Positions 18,018-30,185 of a stretch of 44,308 bases of DNA are shown here, piece after piece. Position 1 is the stretch's first letter; each line of letters starts with the position of its first letter. Position numbers and translations under genes: made by a program. The notes beneath the pieces are model-generated. The model had not been told where the DNA came from. It saw nothing but the letters and a program-made list of their open reading frames with translations, and made no database searches. Origin of the DNA: Candidatus Hydromicrobium sp. (GTDB taxonomy: Bacteria > Actinomycetota > Humimicrobiia > Humimicrobiales > Humimicrobiaceae); assembly GCA_036514675.1 (NCBI GenBank), contig DATBWS010000104.1, forward strand, positions 1 to 44,308, in the 5' to 3' direction.

Positions 18018-20768
18018 TTGAAAAGTAAAAGGAATGATAAAGTCATTTTAATTGATGGAAATAATATTGCATACAGAGCTTTCTATGCTATTCCCGACAG
18101 TATTTCCACTTCATCGGGTACCACTACAAATGCCGTTCTGGGTTTTACCAATATGCTGTTAAAGCTTATAGAGGAGGAACACCCGGATACCATAATATGC
18201 GCTTTTGACAGTAAGGTCCCGACCTTCAGGCATAAGATATTCGACCAGTATAAAATAAAAAGGAAAAAAATGCCCGCAGAACTGTCGGATCAGTTTCCTT
18301 TAATTAAAGAAGTTTTAAATGCCTTTAATATCGTTTTTCTGGAAAAAGATGGTTTTGAAGCTGATGATATACTTGCAGGTATAGCGGATACGGTTAAAAA
18401 CTGGTTCGATCAAGTAATAATAGTTACTGGTGATAAAGATATATTACAATTGGTTTCTGATAACATAAGAGTTATGGCAATTAAAAAAGGTATTACGGAC
18501 ACGGTATTATTTGACAGGTTTAAAGTGGAGGAAAAACTTGGAGTCAAACCTGAAAATATAAAGGATCTATTAGCCTTGATGGGAGATAGTTCGGATAATA
18601 TACCGGGTATTCCGGGCATTGGGCCAAAGACAGCCAGATCGTTGGTGAAAGAATATGGTTCTCTGGAAGAAATTTATTCGAACATTAATAAAATAACAAA
18701 CCCACGGCTGAGGGAACTGCTGGTAAAAAATAAAGATATTGCTGAGTTAAGTAAGGAATTGACTCAATTAAAAATGACCGGTGATATAAATATACGGGAG
18801 ATTATGGATAGCAGCTTTAAGAATATTAGTTTTAATAAAGTTAAGCAGTTATTTGAAATTCTTGAGTTTAAATCCCTGGAAAAGAAGCTGGTTAGCCTCG
18901 GAGATAAGATTGATTTTAAGGAAGAAGCCCCTGCGGTTAGAAAAGTAATGGATAAGGTTAATCTGAAACATTTAACCCTGGGTTCAAACCTGGAGAATTT
19001 AAATAAAAATCCTGGTGAAAGTATATATATAGCAGAATCAACCTTTGAAGATGTATTTAACGGTATTGTTTTGTATTATGGAGAAAATGATGCATTTTTG
19101 ATTAAGAAAGATGACCTGGATAAAGAGGCTGTAAAGGAGGCTTTAAAAAAAGTACTGGAAAATAAAGAAATAAAAAATTCCGGTTTCGATTTTAAAAGAA
19201 TATATAAAATTTTAAAAGATTACGGAATTATTTTAGGTGGAAAGTTTATAGATTACAAAATATTATACTTAATCTTAAATCCTGTTAAATCTACGGTTAA
19301 TCTGGATGAGATAATTAAGGATTTGTTGAATATGGAAATAAAAGATATCGAATTCAATGAGAGTAGAGAAGATGGTGATTTGGTTGAAATAAAAGATACA
19401 GAGGGGAAAAAGCAATTAAAGCTCGATTTATATATGGATGAAAAGCAGAAAATGAAGGCGCATAAGGAGAAATTGGATGTAATATTAAAAAAACTAAAGC
19501 TTTATAAAAAGATAGAAGCCCAGTTGCTTGAAAAAATAAAGAAAGAGGATATGGAAAAATTATACTGGCAGATAGAGGAGCCCCTTATAAAGGTACTTGC
19601 TGAAATGGAATATACCGGTGTTAATATAGATAAAAAGTATCTGAATAGTTTAATTAAGGAATATGAACGTGATATAGAAAAACTCCAGAAAGAAATTCAC
19701 AAACTTTGCGGTGGGCAGTTCAATATAAATTCTTCGCAGCAATTATCGGAGGTTCTCTATAAAAAGATGAAACTCCCTGCCATAAAAAAAACCAAAACAG
19801 GATTATCCACGGATGCGGGAACTCTTAAGGCTATTTATGACAGTTCTCCCGTGATAGAAAAAATACTGGACTGGAGAGAAAAAACCAAACTTAAAAATAC
19901 TTATATCGATGTTTTACCAGGTTTGATTGATCCTAAAGACTCCAGAGTTCATACCACGTACAACCAATTAGGAACGTCTACCGGAAGGATAAGCAGCAAC
20001 GACCCCAATCTTCAGAATATTCCGGTAAGAACCGATTACGGGAGACAGATAAGAAAAGCTTTTATACCCGGAGAAGGTTATGATTTGATTCTGGCATCGG
20101 ATTATTCCCAGATAGAGCTTAGAGTGCTCGCTCACCTATCGGGCGATGAAAATCTGGTAGATTCGTTCAACCGGGAAGAAGACATACACACCCATACAGC
20201 TTCGGAGATATTCGGGGTAAGCTATGATAAAGTTGACGAAAACTTAAGAAGAAAGGCAAAAACCATAAATTTCGGAATAATATACGGGATGACCGAATAT
20301 GGTCTTATGAGCAGGCTTTCAATTTCCGAGGAAGAAGCGAGAGAATATATCCGAAAATATTTTGGTCGTTATTCGGGAGTAAAAAAATATTTGAAGTTTC
20401 TGAAAGATGATGCGTATAAAAAGGGATATACAACCACTATTTTTGGAAGAAAAAGATATTTAAGAGAACTTGGAAGCAGTAATATTAGAATAAGAAGTCT
20501 TGGAGAAAGATTTGCAATAAATACTCCCATGCAGGGAAGCGCCGCCGATATAATGAAACTTTCCACGGTAATACTTTTTAACAGATTAAAATCAGCTAGC
20601 ATAGACAGCAACATTATACTTCATGTTCATGATGAACTGGTACTGGAATTAAAAGAGAAAGATTTTGTTAAAGTCAAGAATATGGTAATAGAATCAATGG
20701 AAAATTGTGTGAGTTTGAAAGTAAAGCTCAGGGTGGATATAAAAACAGGCAAAAATTGGTATATTTAA
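18018..20768 (+). CDS. polA: DNA polymerase I
   Basis: 916 aa. 5' nuclease domain (LIDGNNIAYRAFYA, GFEADD, GDKD, GIPGIG). Polymerase motif A DYSQIELRVLAH, motif B RRKAKTINFGIIYG, motif C HVHDELV. TTG start, with AAGGAG 6 nt upstream. Confidence 0.96.
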   Translation: MKSKRNDKVILIDGNNIAYRAFYAIPDSISTSSGTTTNAVLGFTNMLLKLIEEEHPDTIICAFDSKVPTFRHKIFDQYKIKRKKMPAELSDQFPLIKEVLNAFNIVFLEKDGFEADDILAGIADTVKNWFDQVIIVTGDKDILQLVSDNIRVMAIKKGITDTVLFDRFKVEEKLGVKPENIKDLLALMGDSSDNIPGIPGIGPKTARSLVKEYGSLEEIYSNINKITNPRLRELLVKNKDIAELSKELTQLKMTGDINIREIMDSSFKNISFNKVKQLFEILEFKSLEKKLVSLGDKIDFKEEAPAVRKVMDKVNLKHLTLGSNLENLNKNPGESIYIAESTFEDVFNGIVLYYGENDAFLIKKDDLDKEAVKEALKKVLENKEIKNSGFDFKRIYKILKDYGIILGGKFIDYKILYLILNPVKSTVNLDEIIKDLLNMEIKDIEFNESREDGDLVEIKDTEGKKQLKLDLYMDEKQKMKAHKEKLDVILKKLKLYKKIEAQLLEKIKKEDMEKLYWQIEEPLIKVLAEMEYTGVNIDKKYLNSLIKEYERDIEKLQKEIHKLCGGQFNINSSQQLSEVLYKKMKLPAIKKTKTGLSTDAGTLKAIYDSSPVIEKILDWREKTKLKNTYIDVLPGLIDPKDSRVHTTYNQLGTSTGRISSNDPNLQNIPVRTDYGRQIRKAFIPGEGYDLILASDYSQIELRVLAHLSGDENLVDSFNREEDIHTHTASEIFGVSYDKVDENLRRKAKTINFGIIYGMTEYGLMSRLSISEEEAREYIRKYFGRYSGVKKYLKFLKDDAYKKGYTTTIFGRKRYLRELGSSNIRIRSLGERFAINTPMQGSAADIMKLSTVILFNRLKSASIDSNIILHVHDELVLELKEKDFVKVKNMVIESMENCVSLKVKLRVDIKTGKNWYI

Positions 20769-20851
20769 AAAAATATTTTATAATATTGATTATTATTTTC
20801 TTGCATGTTATCCTTTTCGAATATTAAAAAAGGAGATTGATTTATTAAGAT

Positions 20852-22192
20852 ATGACCGAGAATAATTTTTATAGAAAACTAACAAATGATAATTGTATGA
20901 TAGAGAATAAAGATGGTAAGATGGTTCCCAATTACGATCTTACCATGGTTAATTTAAATGATGGTGATGTGATTAAGGGTAAGGTAGTAAAAATTGATAA
21001 AGACGAAGTTCTGGTCGATGTGGGTTTCAAATCGGAAGGAGTTATACCTGTAAGTGAGCTTTCGATAAGAAGCGATGTGAAACCTGAAGATGTTTTGAAG
21101 GTGGACGATGAAATAGAAATAATGGTACTTCAGAAAGAGGATCAAGATGGCCGGTTAATACTGTCTAAAAAAAGAGCTGAAGTAGAACAGAATTTTGATA
21201 GGATAGAAAAAATATATCAAAATGGGGATACGGTTGAAGGTGATATTATAGAATGTGTCAAAGGAGGTCTGATAGTAGATATAGGCTTAAGAGGATTTTT
21301 ACCGGCGTCATTAATAGATGTCAGAAAAACTAAAGACCTTGAATCTTATATTGGTGAGAAGTGCGTATGTAAAATTATTGAAGTTGATAGGAATAGAAAT
21401 AATGTTGTTCTATCCCGGAAAGTAATCATAGAGGATGAAAGAAAAGAACAGCGAAAAGAAATACTTAACAAAATGGAAATCGGCCAGGTAAAGAAAGGTA
21501 TGATTACAAGTATTGCGGAATTCGGAGCTTTTGTTGATGTGGGAGGCGTTGACGGTCTGGTACACATATCCGAACTTTCATGGAATCATGTAAAGCATCC
21601 TTCGGAAGTGGTTAATGTTAATCAAGAAGTAGATGTGGAGATATTAGATATTGATTATGAAAAACAAAGGCTATCTCTGGGATTGAAACAAACTCAGAAA
21701 GATCCCTGGCTGGAGAAAATAAAAAATTATTCGATTAAAGATATAGTAAAGGGTAAAGTAACCAGAATTGTAAAGTTCGGTTTATTTGTGCAGATCGAGG
21801 GAGACCTGGAGGGTCTTGTACATATATCAGAATTAAGTATGGAGCCGGTAAAGAGGCCGAGTGATGCTGCAAAAATCGGGGATGAGTTAATGGTAAGAAT
21901 TATTGATATAGATTTTGATAAAAGAAGAATGGCTTTCAGTGTTAAACAGGTTGAAAATCCAGCTGAAGATAAAGAAGAAGAAAAGGAAGTCAGGGATTCA
22001 AAATCGGAAAAAAAGAATGTAAAAAAGGAAACTTCAAAAAAAGAACCAAAAAAAGCTGATGAAAAAGCAGAAATTTCTGGCAAAGAAGAAAAAGAAAGCC
22101 AGAATAAAGAAGTAGAAGATAAAGAATCCAAGAAAAAAGTACAAATAAAAGAAATACTTAAGGAAATGAAAAATGAAGCCAATATAGAGTAA
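20852..22192 (+). CDS. rpsA: 30S ribosomal protein S1 (four S1 domains plus a Lys/Glu-rich tail)
   Basis: 446 aa. Four repeats of the S1 pattern (G.V..I....V.VD.G...G.IP.SE.., AEFGAFVDVGGVDGLVHISELS, VKFGLFVQIEGDLEGLVHISELS). No good SD is correctly spaced, so the start is uncertain by a few tens of codons. Confidence 0.9.
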   Translation: MTENNFYRKLTNDNCMIENKDGKMVPNYDLTMVNLNDGDVIKGKVVKIDKDEVLVDVGFKSEGVIPVSELSIRSDVKPEDVLKVDDEIEIMVLQKEDQDGRLILSKKRAEVEQNFDRIEKIYQNGDTVEGDIIECVKGGLIVDIGLRGFLPASLIDVRKTKDLESYIGEKCVCKIIEVDRNRNNVVLSRKVIIEDERKEQRKEILNKMEIGQVKKGMITSIAEFGAFVDVGGVDGLVHISELSWNHVKHPSEVVNVNQEVDVEILDIDYEKQRLSLGLKQTQKDPWLEKIKNYSIKDIVKGKVTRIVKFGLFVQIEGDLEGLVHISELSMEPVKRPSDAAKIGDELMVRIIDIDFDKRRMAFSVKQVENPAEDKEEEKEVRDSKSEKKNVKKETSKKEPKKADEKAEISGKEEKESQNKEVEDKESKKKVQIKEILKEMKNEANIE

Positions 22193-22363
22193 AGTAGCAT
22201 TTTTCAGCCATTCGAGTTTATATCTTAAAACTGCTTAGAACCATGATAATATCTTAGAAAACCATTAATTGTTATTATCTTTTTCATATTTAATTTCAAA
22301 CTTCTTTGTATCGGCAGAAAATAATTGAGTTATTAAGACAGAAGGAGGAATACCATAATAGTA

Positions 22364-22936
22364 TTGGGAATTACAGGCAGGATTGCTTCGGGTAAAAGTA
22401 CAGTAACGAGATATATAAAAAAAATAAAGAAAAACGTCCTGATACTGGATATAGATAGAGTTGCAAAAAATATCTATTCAAAAATTCCTGGAGTCCTGGA
22501 TAAACTTAAGGGTATTTTTGGAAATGAAATATTCAGTTCCGATGGAGATCTGATTTTTGAATCTCTAGCAGAGAAAGTTTTTTCCAGTAAAATAGAACTA
22601 AGAAAATTAAATAGACTGATGTTTCCTTTGATTAGAAGTGAAGTGAAAAATATTTTAAGTAAGAGCCGGGATAAAGATTATATAATAATAGATGCAGCTG
22701 TATTGTTTGATTGCAAATTGGACCTGTTTTGTGATTATATTATTCTGATTGATGCTTCCGATAAAAGGAGGGGAGCTTTCTTAAAGAATGAGGGTTTTTC
22801 AGATGATAATACAGAATTAAGAATAAAAGGTCAGCATATAAAGATAAATAAGGAAAAAGTAACTTTTATTATTAATAATGATGGTTCCAAAATAAATTTG
22901 CTGGAGAAAGTGGAAAGAGTTTTAAAAGATATCTAA
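22364..22936 (+). CDS. coaE: Dephospho-CoA kinase
   Basis: P-loop GITGRIASGKST and DAAVLFD; size is typical. The start is uncertain: the SD GGAGGA (22344-22349) is 14 nt from the TTG, and in-frame ATA codons sit at optimal spacing (see findings). Confidence 0.85.
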   Translation: MGITGRIASGKSTVTRYIKKIKKNVLILDIDRVAKNIYSKIPGVLDKLKGIFGNEIFSSDGDLIFESLAEKVFSSKIELRKLNRLMFPLIRSEVKNILSKSRDKDYIIIDAAVLFDCKLDLFCDYIILIDASDKRRGAFLKNEGFSDDNTELRIKGQHIKINKEKVTFIINNDGSKINLLEKVERVLKDI

Positions 22937-22965
22937 GTATATAAATAAGAAAAACAACAATCAAT

Positions 22966-24996
22966 ATGACTGATTTTCAATTTAAAATAGTATCTAATTA
23001 TTCTCCCCAGGGAGATCAGGGAAAAGCTATAAGTCAATTAACGGAAGGAATTAAAAATAATCTTAAATTTCAAAGTCTGCTGGGGGTTACGGGCTCCGGA
23101 AAGACTTATTCAATAGCAAATGTAATACAGAATTTTCAACTTCCAACACTGGTCCTAGCTCCCAATAAAACACTTGCGGCCCAGCTTTGTAGTGAGTTCA
23201 GGGGGTTTTTCCCGGATAATGCAGTAGAATACTTTGTAAGTTATTATGATTATTACCAGCCGGAAGCATATTTACCTGGTAAGGATATGTATATCGAGAA
23301 AGACACTTCTATAAATGAAGAAATAGAAAAGTTAAGGTTATCCACCACAAATTCTCTCTATACCAGAAATGATGTTATAGTAGTTGCCAGTGTTTCCTGC
23401 ATATACGGTCTGGGTTCACCTTCTGAATATGGAAAACAGAGAATTATTTTGAGGTCAGGGGAAGAATTTCAAAGAGAGGAAATAATAAATAGATTAGTTA
23501 ATATAAGATATGAAAGAAATGATTATGAATTTGTTAACGGTAAATTCAGGGTGAAAGGGGATACCATTGAAATATTTCCGGCGTATCAGGACAGGGCTGT
23601 AAGAATACAGCTTTTGGGAGATGAATTGGAAAGAATTGTCGAGTTTGATCCTGTATCCGGAGAGATTTATGATGATAAAGAAGCATATGTTATATCGCCT
23701 GCAACTCATTTTTTAGCAACTGTAGAATGGGTTGCAAGGGCTCTGGGGACAATTGAAGAAGAACTCGAGGAAAGAATCAAATATTTTAAAGAACAAAATA
23801 AGCTGCTTGAAGCCCAGAGAATAGAATCAAGAACAAGATATGACATGGAAATGATAGCGGAATTAGGATTTTGCGGTGGCATCGAGAATTATTCAAGACA
23901 TATACTGGGAAAAGAACCGGGAGAAGCACCTAATACTCTACTCGATTTTTTCCCAGGTGATTTTCTGGTTATTATTGACGAATCCCACATTGCAATTCCT
24001 CAGATCAGAGGAATGTATGAAGGCGACCATTCAAGAAAGCAAACCCTGGTGGACTACGGATTCAGGCTCCCTTCGGCTCTGGATAACAGGCCATTAAGAT
24101 TTGAGGAATTTGAAGCGAAGGTTAAAAGGGTAATATTTACTTCAGCCACACCAGGACCATATGAGAGAGGAGTGAGCGGCCAGATAGTGGAACAGATAAT
24201 CAGGCCCACCGGTCTGGTGGATCCGCAGGTCTATGTAAGAAAAACTAAAGGCCAGATAGATGATCTGATATATGAGATAAAGAAAGTCATAAACAGAGGC
24301 GAGAGGGTTCTGGTAACCACTCTTACCAAGAGAATGGCAGAAGATCTGGCCGATTACCTGTCAGGTAAAAAAATAAAGGTAAGGTATTTGCATTCTACAA
24401 TAGATACATTAGAGAGGGTGGAAATACTCCGGGATTTAAGGACCGGAGTATGCGACGTGCTGGTTGGTATAAATTTACTCCGGGAAGGATTGGATCTTCC
24501 TGAAGTATCACTGGTTGCCATCCTGGATGCAGATAAAGAGGGATTCCTGAGATCAGAAATATCACTTATACAAACTATCGGAAGAGCAGCGAGAAATATA
24601 AACGGTAAGGTTATAATGTATGCAGATGCTCTAACCAATTCTATAAAAAATGCATTATATGAGACCAACAGGAGAAGAGAACTGCAGGTTGAATATAATA
24701 AAAATCATAATATTACACCAAAAACTATAAATAAAGCCATATCTGACATATTATATAGTAAAGGTATAAAAACTAGGAAAGAAGCGAAATCTGATTTCAA
24801 AGTAAGTGAAAAGAAAAAGAGATTAGGTGAGGATAAATTACTGGATATGGATCCTTCCAAAGTTGCCACTATAATAATCGGCCTGGAAGAAGAAATGTAT
24901 CTGGAGGCAAGGGAACTAAATTTTGAAAAAGCTGCTATCATAAGAGATGAAATAAAGAGGATAAAAAAGATAACCAATATAGAGGTTAAAAAATAA
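22966..24996 (+). CDS. uvrB: Excinuclease ABC subunit B
   Basis: 676 aa. [22 protein letters not shown], helicase C motifs, and a C-terminal UVR domain (..[22 protein letters not shown]). Confidence 0.97.
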   Translation: MTDFQFKIVSNYSPQGDQGKAISQLTEGIKNNLKFQSLLGVTGSGKTYSIANVIQNFQLPTLVLAPNKTLAAQLCSEFRGFFPDNAVEYFVSYYDYYQPEAYLPGKDMYIEKDTSINEEIEKLRLSTTNSLYTRNDVIVVASVSCIYGLGSPSEYGKQRIILRSGEEFQREEIINRLVNIRYERNDYEFVNGKFRVKGDTIEIFPAYQDRAVRIQLLGDELERIVEFDPVSGEIYDDKEAYVISPATHFLATVEWVARALGTIEEELEERIKYFKEQNKLLEAQRIESRTRYDMEMIAELGFCGGIENYSRHILGKEPGEAPNTLLDFFPGDFLVIIDESHIAIPQIRGMYEGDHSRKQTLVDYGFRLPSALDNRPLRFEEFEAKVKRVIFTSATPGPYERGVSGQIVEQIIRPTGLVDPQVYVRKTKGQIDDLIYEIKKVINRGERVLVTTLTKRMAEDLADYLSGKKIKVRYLHSTIDTLERVEILRDLRTGVCDVLVGINLLREGLDLPEVSLVAILDADKEGFLRSEISLIQTIGRAARNINGKVIMYADALTNSIKNALYETNRRRELQVEYNKNHNITPKTINKAISDILYSKGIKTRKEAKSDFKVSEKKKRLGEDKLLDMDPSKVATIIIGLEEEMYLEARELNFEKAAIIRDEIKRIKKITNIEVKK

Positions 24997-25001
24997 TATT
25001 T

Positions 25002-27872
25002 ATGAAAGAAGAAATAATAATAAAAGGTGCCAGAGAGCATAATCTTAAAAATATAAGTTTAAGAATTCCCAGAAACAAATTTATAGTTTTTACCGGCGTA
25101 AGCGGGTCGGGGAAATCATCGCTGGCATTTGATACCATTTATGCTGAAGGGCAGAGAAGATATGTCGAATCACTTTCTTCTTATGCAAGACAGTTCCTGG
25201 GACAGATGGAAAAACCGGATGTTGATTTGATAGAAGGCCTGTCACCGGCAGTATCCATAAATCAAAAAGGTGTTTCCAAGAATCCCAGGTCTACCGTGGG
25301 AACTATAACCGAGATATATGATTATCTCCGGGTCCTTTATGCTCAGATCGGAATACCCTATTGTTACCGGTGCGGAAAACGTATAACCAGACAAACAGTA
25401 GATCAAATAGTGGACAGGGTACTGGAACTACCTGAAGGAACTAAATTTCAGGTCCTTTCACCTATTATAAGGGGAAGAAAAGGTGAATATATAAAAACAT
25501 TTGAAAATATAAAAAATAACGGTTACGCAAGAGTCAGGGTAGATGGCAGTATTTACGAGCTTGGAGAAGATTTTGATTTAAAGTTGGATAAAAACCTGAA
25601 ACATAATATCGAAATAATAGTTGATAGGTTAAAAATAAAACCTGATATAAGAAAAAGGCTTTCGGAAGATATAGAAATATCGCTCAAAGAAAGTGGCGGT
25701 ATTGTTTATATTCAATTGCTGGATTCCGGAGAAATAATTAGTTTCTCGGAAAATTTTTCCTGTGTGGATTGCGGCATAGATTTTGAGGAACTTACTCCCA
25801 GAATGTTTTCTTTTAATAGCCCCTATGGAGCCTGTAAAGAATGCAGCGGTCTGGGTATAAGTAAAGACGTAGACCCTGATTTGATTGTGGAGCATCCCGA
25901 GTTTAGCATAATGGATGGTGCAATTCCTTTCTTTAATATGGGTTATTCAAATTATTACTCTCAGCTGATGAGAAGCCTGGCTGAAGAGTATGGGTTTGAT
26001 CTGAACACTCCTTTTAAAGACCTTGACGAATATGCCAGAAGGACAATATTATACGGGACTGATGGGAGAAGGATAAAAGTCAGTTATGTAAACCATAAGG
26101 GTAGATTAAGGCATTATTATATAAAATTTGAGGGTCTTTCCAATAATTTAAGCAGAAGGTATCTGGAAACGGAATCTGAAAGCCAGAGGATTAGAATAGA
26201 AAAAATGATAAGCAGCAGGCCATGCAGAGAATGCAACGGCAAAAGACTGCGGCAGGAGAGCCTGGCAGTAACAATTGGTTCGCTTTCTATATCGGATTTC
26301 TGCGAAAAAACCATTGAGGAGGGTATAGAATGGTTAAGGTCGCTTAAACTGACTGAGAGAGAAAAAATGATTGGCGAAAGACTGATTAAAGAAATTATTG
26401 AGCGGCTGAATTTTTTAAAAGATGTGGGACTGGGATACCTGACTCTGGATAGGAAATCAAGCACTTTATCCGGAGGTGAATCTCAGAGGATAAGATTGGC
26501 CACACAGATAGGATCAGGACTTGTGGGAGTTCTATATATACTTGATGAGCCTAGTATCGGTCTTCACCAGAGAGATAACAAAAAGTTAATAAATGCATTG
26601 AAACGATTGAGAGACCTCGGAAACACTATAATAGTAATAGAACATGATGAAGAAACCATAAGGAATTCGGATTTTGTAGTTGACATAGGACCGGGAGCGG
26701 GAATCCATGGCGGGGAAATTGTGTTCAGCGGAAATTTGGAAAATATATATACCTGCGATAAATCCATAACCGGAAAATACCTCTCCGGAGAAAAATCTAT
26801 ACCCGTTCCGGCGGAAAGGAGAAAAGGAAACGGTAAATATATTATCATTAAAGGTGCCAGAGAACATAACTTAAAGAATATTGATGTCCACATAGATCTG
26901 GGAAAACTTATCGCAGTAACCGGAGTTTCCGGATCCGGTAAAAGCACTCTTGTTAATGAAATATTGTATCCATCGCTTTCCAATCTGCTTATGAGAACAA
27001 AGCATAATTCCGGCAAACACGATGGAATATTAAATTATAATAATTTAGATAAGGTAATTGTTATCGATCAGTCGCCGATTGGAAGAACTCCACGTTCGAA
27101 TCCGGCTACTTATACCGGTGTTTTTACATATATCAGAGAGCTGTTTTCAAAAACGCATGAATCCAGAATCAAAGGCTATAAACCGGGAAGATTTAGTTTT
27201 AATGTAAAAGGGGGAAGGTGCGAATTCTGTAACGGAGATGGACTTATAAAAATAGAGATGCATTTTCTTCCCGATATTTATGTCCCCTGTGAAGTTTGCA
27301 AAGGAAAGAGATTTAACCGTGAAACTCTGGAAATAAGATATAAAGGAAAAAATATTGATGATGTTTTAAATATGACTGTTGAAGAAGCAACGATTTTTTT
27401 TGAAAACATTCCGAGAATTAATAAAAAACTGGAATTGATTAATGACGTGGGTCTGGGTTATATTAAGTTAGGCCAGTCTTCTACAACCCTGTCCGGTGGA
27501 GAAGCACAGAGAGTAAAGCTTTCTACGGAACTTTCAAAAAAAAGTACCGGCAGCACTTTATATCTGCTAGATGAGCCTACTACAGGACTGCATTTTGATG
27601 ATATAAATAAGTTACTGGCAATATTAAAGAGATTGGTAGATGCAGGGAATACCGTGCTTGTAATAGAACATAATCTTGAAGTCATAAAAACCGCTGATTA
27701 TATTATCGATCTTGGGCCCGAAGGTGGAGATAAAGGCGGAGAAATTATTGCCTGGGGGACTCCGGAAGAAATAGCAGAAAATGAAAATTCTTATACCGGG
27801 AAGTTTTTAAAGATGTATATGAATAAAAATTTGGTGAAAGAACAACTTTATGGGTACAGCAGTAGTAAATAA
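25002..27872 (+). CDS. uvrA: Excinuclease ABC subunit A
   Basis: 956 aa. Two ABC modules ([48 protein letters not shown]) and zinc-finger Cys clusters (CVDCG..C.ECSG; C..C.G.G...C..C.G). Confidence 0.97.
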   Translation: MKEEIIIKGAREHNLKNISLRIPRNKFIVFTGVSGSGKSSLAFDTIYAEGQRRYVESLSSYARQFLGQMEKPDVDLIEGLSPAVSINQKGVSKNPRSTVGTITEIYDYLRVLYAQIGIPYCYRCGKRITRQTVDQIVDRVLELPEGTKFQVLSPIIRGRKGEYIKTFENIKNNGYARVRVDGSIYELGEDFDLKLDKNLKHNIEIIVDRLKIKPDIRKRLSEDIEISLKESGGIVYIQLLDSGEIISFSENFSCVDCGIDFEELTPRMFSFNSPYGACKECSGLGISKDVDPDLIVEHPEFSIMDGAIPFFNMGYSNYYSQLMRSLAEEYGFDLNTPFKDLDEYARRTILYGTDGRRIKVSYVNHKGRLRHYYIKFEGLSNNLSRRYLETESESQRIRIEKMISSRPCRECNGKRLRQESLAVTIGSLSISDFCEKTIEEGIEWLRSLKLTEREKMIGERLIKEIIERLNFLKDVGLGYLTLDRKSSTLSGGESQRIRLATQIGSGLVGVLYILDEPSIGLHQRDNKKLINALKRLRDLGNTIIVIEHDEETIRNSDFVVDIGPGAGIHGGEIVFSGNLENIYTCDKSITGKYLSGEKSIPVPAERRKGNGKYIIIKGAREHNLKNIDVHIDLGKLIAVTGVSGSGKSTLVNEILYPSLSNLLMRTKHNSGKHDGILNYNNLDKVIVIDQSPIGRTPRSNPATYTGVFTYIRELFSKTHESRIKGYKPGRFSFNVKGGRCEFCNGDGLIKIEMHFLPDIYVPCEVCKGKRFNRETLEIRYKGKNIDDVLNMTVEEATIFFENIPRINKKLELINDVGLGYIKLGQSSTTLSGGEAQRVKLSTELSKKSTGSTLYLLDEPTTGLHFDDINKLLAILKRLVDAGNTVLVIEHNLEVIKTADYIIDLGPEGGDKGGEIIAWGTPEEIAENENSYTGKFLKMYMNKNLVKEQLYGYSSSK

Positions 27873-29736
27873 AAAAATAAGCGAAGATAATTACCAGGGA
27901 AATAAAATAAAGGAACTTTTAAAGATACTTCCAAAGAAATCCGGAGTGTATATCTTTAAAAATTCTCATGGTGAAATTATTTATATTGGTAAAGCAAAAA
28001 ATCTTTATAGCAGAGTAAAAAGCTATTTTCAGGATAATAGTAATAACTTTTTGTATGCTAAACCATTAGATTTTGCTAAAAAAATTAAATCCATAGATTA
28101 TGTTGTTACCGATAATGAAACAGAAGCGTTGATCCTCGAGGGTAATTTAATTAAAAAAAATAAACCAAAATACAATATAGATTTAAAGGACGATAAGTCA
28201 TATCCTTTCGTTGCTGTTACAACCGGAGAAAAGTTTCCACGGATTTTTTTAACCAGAGACAGGAGCATAAGAGATACTGAGTATTTTGGGCCTTATACCG
28301 ATGCCAGAGCTGTAAGGAAAACTCTTGAATATTTAAGAAGAATATTCCAGGTAAGGGATTGCAGAAAAACCAGACCAGGAAAAGGTACAAATATACCCTG
28401 CCTGAACTTTCATATTAAATTATGTCCGGCTCCATGTACAGGCAATGTCTCTCCGGAAGAATACCGAAAAAATATTGACTTTGTAATGTTATTTCTGAAA
28501 GGGAAAGACAGCACTATTATTGAGAGATTAAAAGCAAAAATGGAGCATTATTCAAAGAACAAAGAATTTGAGAAAGCGGCGGAATATAAAAATAAGATAG
28601 AGGATATAAATAAACTTTATAAGGAACAGAAAATATTTTTTCCAGGCGGGAGTAAATGGGATTTCATATCTATTGCCAGGAATGTGGACGATGCGGTCAT
28701 AAGTTTATTTACTTATAGATCAGGGATGCTGGCAGTTATTAATAATTTTACTGTAAATAATACCAGATATCTTGGAGATGGAGAGATTTTATCAGAATTT
28801 ATTGAGAAATATTATGCAGATATAGATGATATTCCCTCAAAGATTTTTTGCTCTCCGGAGATGGTGAATGCTGGATCGATATCAGAATGGTTGAGTGAAA
28901 AGAAAAGTAGAAAGATTGAGATAATAGTTCCAAAGATTGGCGAAAAGAAAAAAATAATGGAGATGGTGATTAGAAACGCAAAATTATATCTGGAGAAAAA
29001 AAAGTTTGAAAAGGATACAGGACGCAGTAATATTTATAAAGATTTTATCAAATTGAAGGAAGTTTTTGGACTGGCGAATATTCCAAAGAGAATGGAATGT
29101 TTTGATATTTCAAATCTAAAGGAATCATTTCCGGTGGGTTCAATGTCTGTCGCTATGAATGGCATGATGCTGACTGATGATTACAGGCATTTTAAGATAA
29201 AAGAAGTCACCGGGCAGGATGATTGCAGAATGATAAATGAGGTCGTTGCAAGAAGGTTAAGATACCTGGAGAATGGGGAAATAAAAAAAGGAAACAGCTT
29301 CTATATAAAACCTGATTTGATAATAATTGATGGGGGAAAAGCGCAATATAATACCATAAAAAAATTATTATGTGAAAAACATATACCGGGTATTGATATC
29401 ATCAGTATTGCGAAAAAAGAAGAAGTAGCATTCTGCGGCAAATATCCTGATGGAATTAAACTTGATTTAAATGATAACTATATACGGGTTCTCATTAAGG
29501 CCAGAGATGAAGCTCACCGGTTTGCCGTGAACTATCACCGGCGATTGAGGGGCAAGAATATGACCAATTCTATACTGGATAGGATAAAAGGTATAGGAGA
29601 GAAAAAGAAGAAATATATTTTCGAAAATATAAGCTCAATCGAAGAGTTAAGAAGTAAAACTATAAAGGATTTAATGAAAATAAAAGGATTAAATTATAAA
29701 GATGCAACTAATATATACATAAGTATTCACCGATAA
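27850..29736 (+). CDS. uvrC: Excinuclease ABC subunit C
   Basis: 628 aa. GIY-YIG domain ([23 protein letters not shown]), UVR domain ([15 protein letters not shown]), an Endo-V-like domain and a C-terminal HhH. Overlaps uvrA by 23 nt. Confidence 0.95.
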   Translation: MGTAVVNKKISEDNYQGNKIKELLKILPKKSGVYIFKNSHGEIIYIGKAKNLYSRVKSYFQDNSNNFLYAKPLDFAKKIKSIDYVVTDNETEALILEGNLIKKNKPKYNIDLKDDKSYPFVAVTTGEKFPRIFLTRDRSIRDTEYFGPYTDARAVRKTLEYLRRIFQVRDCRKTRPGKGTNIPCLNFHIKLCPAPCTGNVSPEEYRKNIDFVMLFLKGKDSTIIERLKAKMEHYSKNKEFEKAAEYKNKIEDINKLYKEQKIFFPGGSKWDFISIARNVDDAVISLFTYRSGMLAVINNFTVNNTRYLGDGEILSEFIEKYYADIDDIPSKIFCSPEMVNAGSISEWLSEKKSRKIEIIVPKIGEKKKIMEMVIRNAKLYLEKKKFEKDTGRSNIYKDFIKLKEVFGLANIPKRMECFDISNLKESFPVGSMSVAMNGMMLTDDYRHFKIKEVTGQDDCRMINEVVARRLRYLENGEIKKGNSFYIKPDLIIIDGGKAQYNTIKKLLCEKHIPGIDIISIAKKEEVAFCGKYPDGIKLDLNDNYIRVLIKARDEAHRFAVNYHRRLRGKNMTNSILDRIKGIGEKKKKYIFENISSIEELRSKTIKDLMKIKGLNYKDATNIYISIHR

Positions 29737-29743
29737 AGGATAG

Positions 29744-30136
29744 GTGGTTTATTTGTTGAAATGGATTCTGGACTGGGTGGTACTTACTTTTTCTATTGCG
29801 GTTGCTTCATACTTCTTACCATTCATATATATAACAGGAAATACTACCTGGGATAGGTTAAAGATTGCTTTTCTGGCTGGTTTGCTTCTGGGTCTGTTCA
29901 ATCTTCTGGTCAAGCCTGTCGTTAAAATTTTATCTCTGCCCATTAATATTTTAACTCTGGGGCTTTTTAATATTATAATAAATGCGGGTATGCTGTGGGT
30001 TGTAGATCTAAGCATTAAGGGATTGGAAATAAAGGGATTCTGGGGCTATATATGGAGTTCTATAGTTATAAGCATTATCAGTATAGTGATTTCTAAAATT
30101 GTTTTCTTTAGGGAAAAAAAAGATAAAAAAGATTAA
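29744..30136 (+). CDS. Small 4-TM membrane protein, DUF360 / phage-holin-4_2 (YvlD-like) family
   Basis: 130 aa. Pattern ...FLAGLLLGLFNLLVKPVVKILSLPINILTLGLFNIIINAGMLWVV....GLEIKGFW....SIVIS is characteristic of this family. GTG start 7 nt after uvrC. Confidence 0.65.
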   Translation: MVYLLKWILDWVVLTFSIAVASYFLPFIYITGNTTWDRLKIAFLAGLLLGLFNLLVKPVVKILSLPINILTLGLFNIIINAGMLWVVDLSIKGLEIKGFWGYIWSSIVISIISIVISKIVFFREKKDKKD

Positions 30137-30185
30137 AATAGTATATATTTTAGGTATAGGTTATGATGTTTAAAAAAAGTGAGAT

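Noticed and set aside
18900-19500. The central region of PolA lacks an obvious Exo I DxE motif, suggesting an inactive 3'-5' exonuclease domain.
   Set aside because: Loss of proofreading motifs in the vestigial exonuclease domain is common in many bacterial Pol I enzymes (for example Taq and Bst types). It is not unusual, and I cannot verify it without an alignment.
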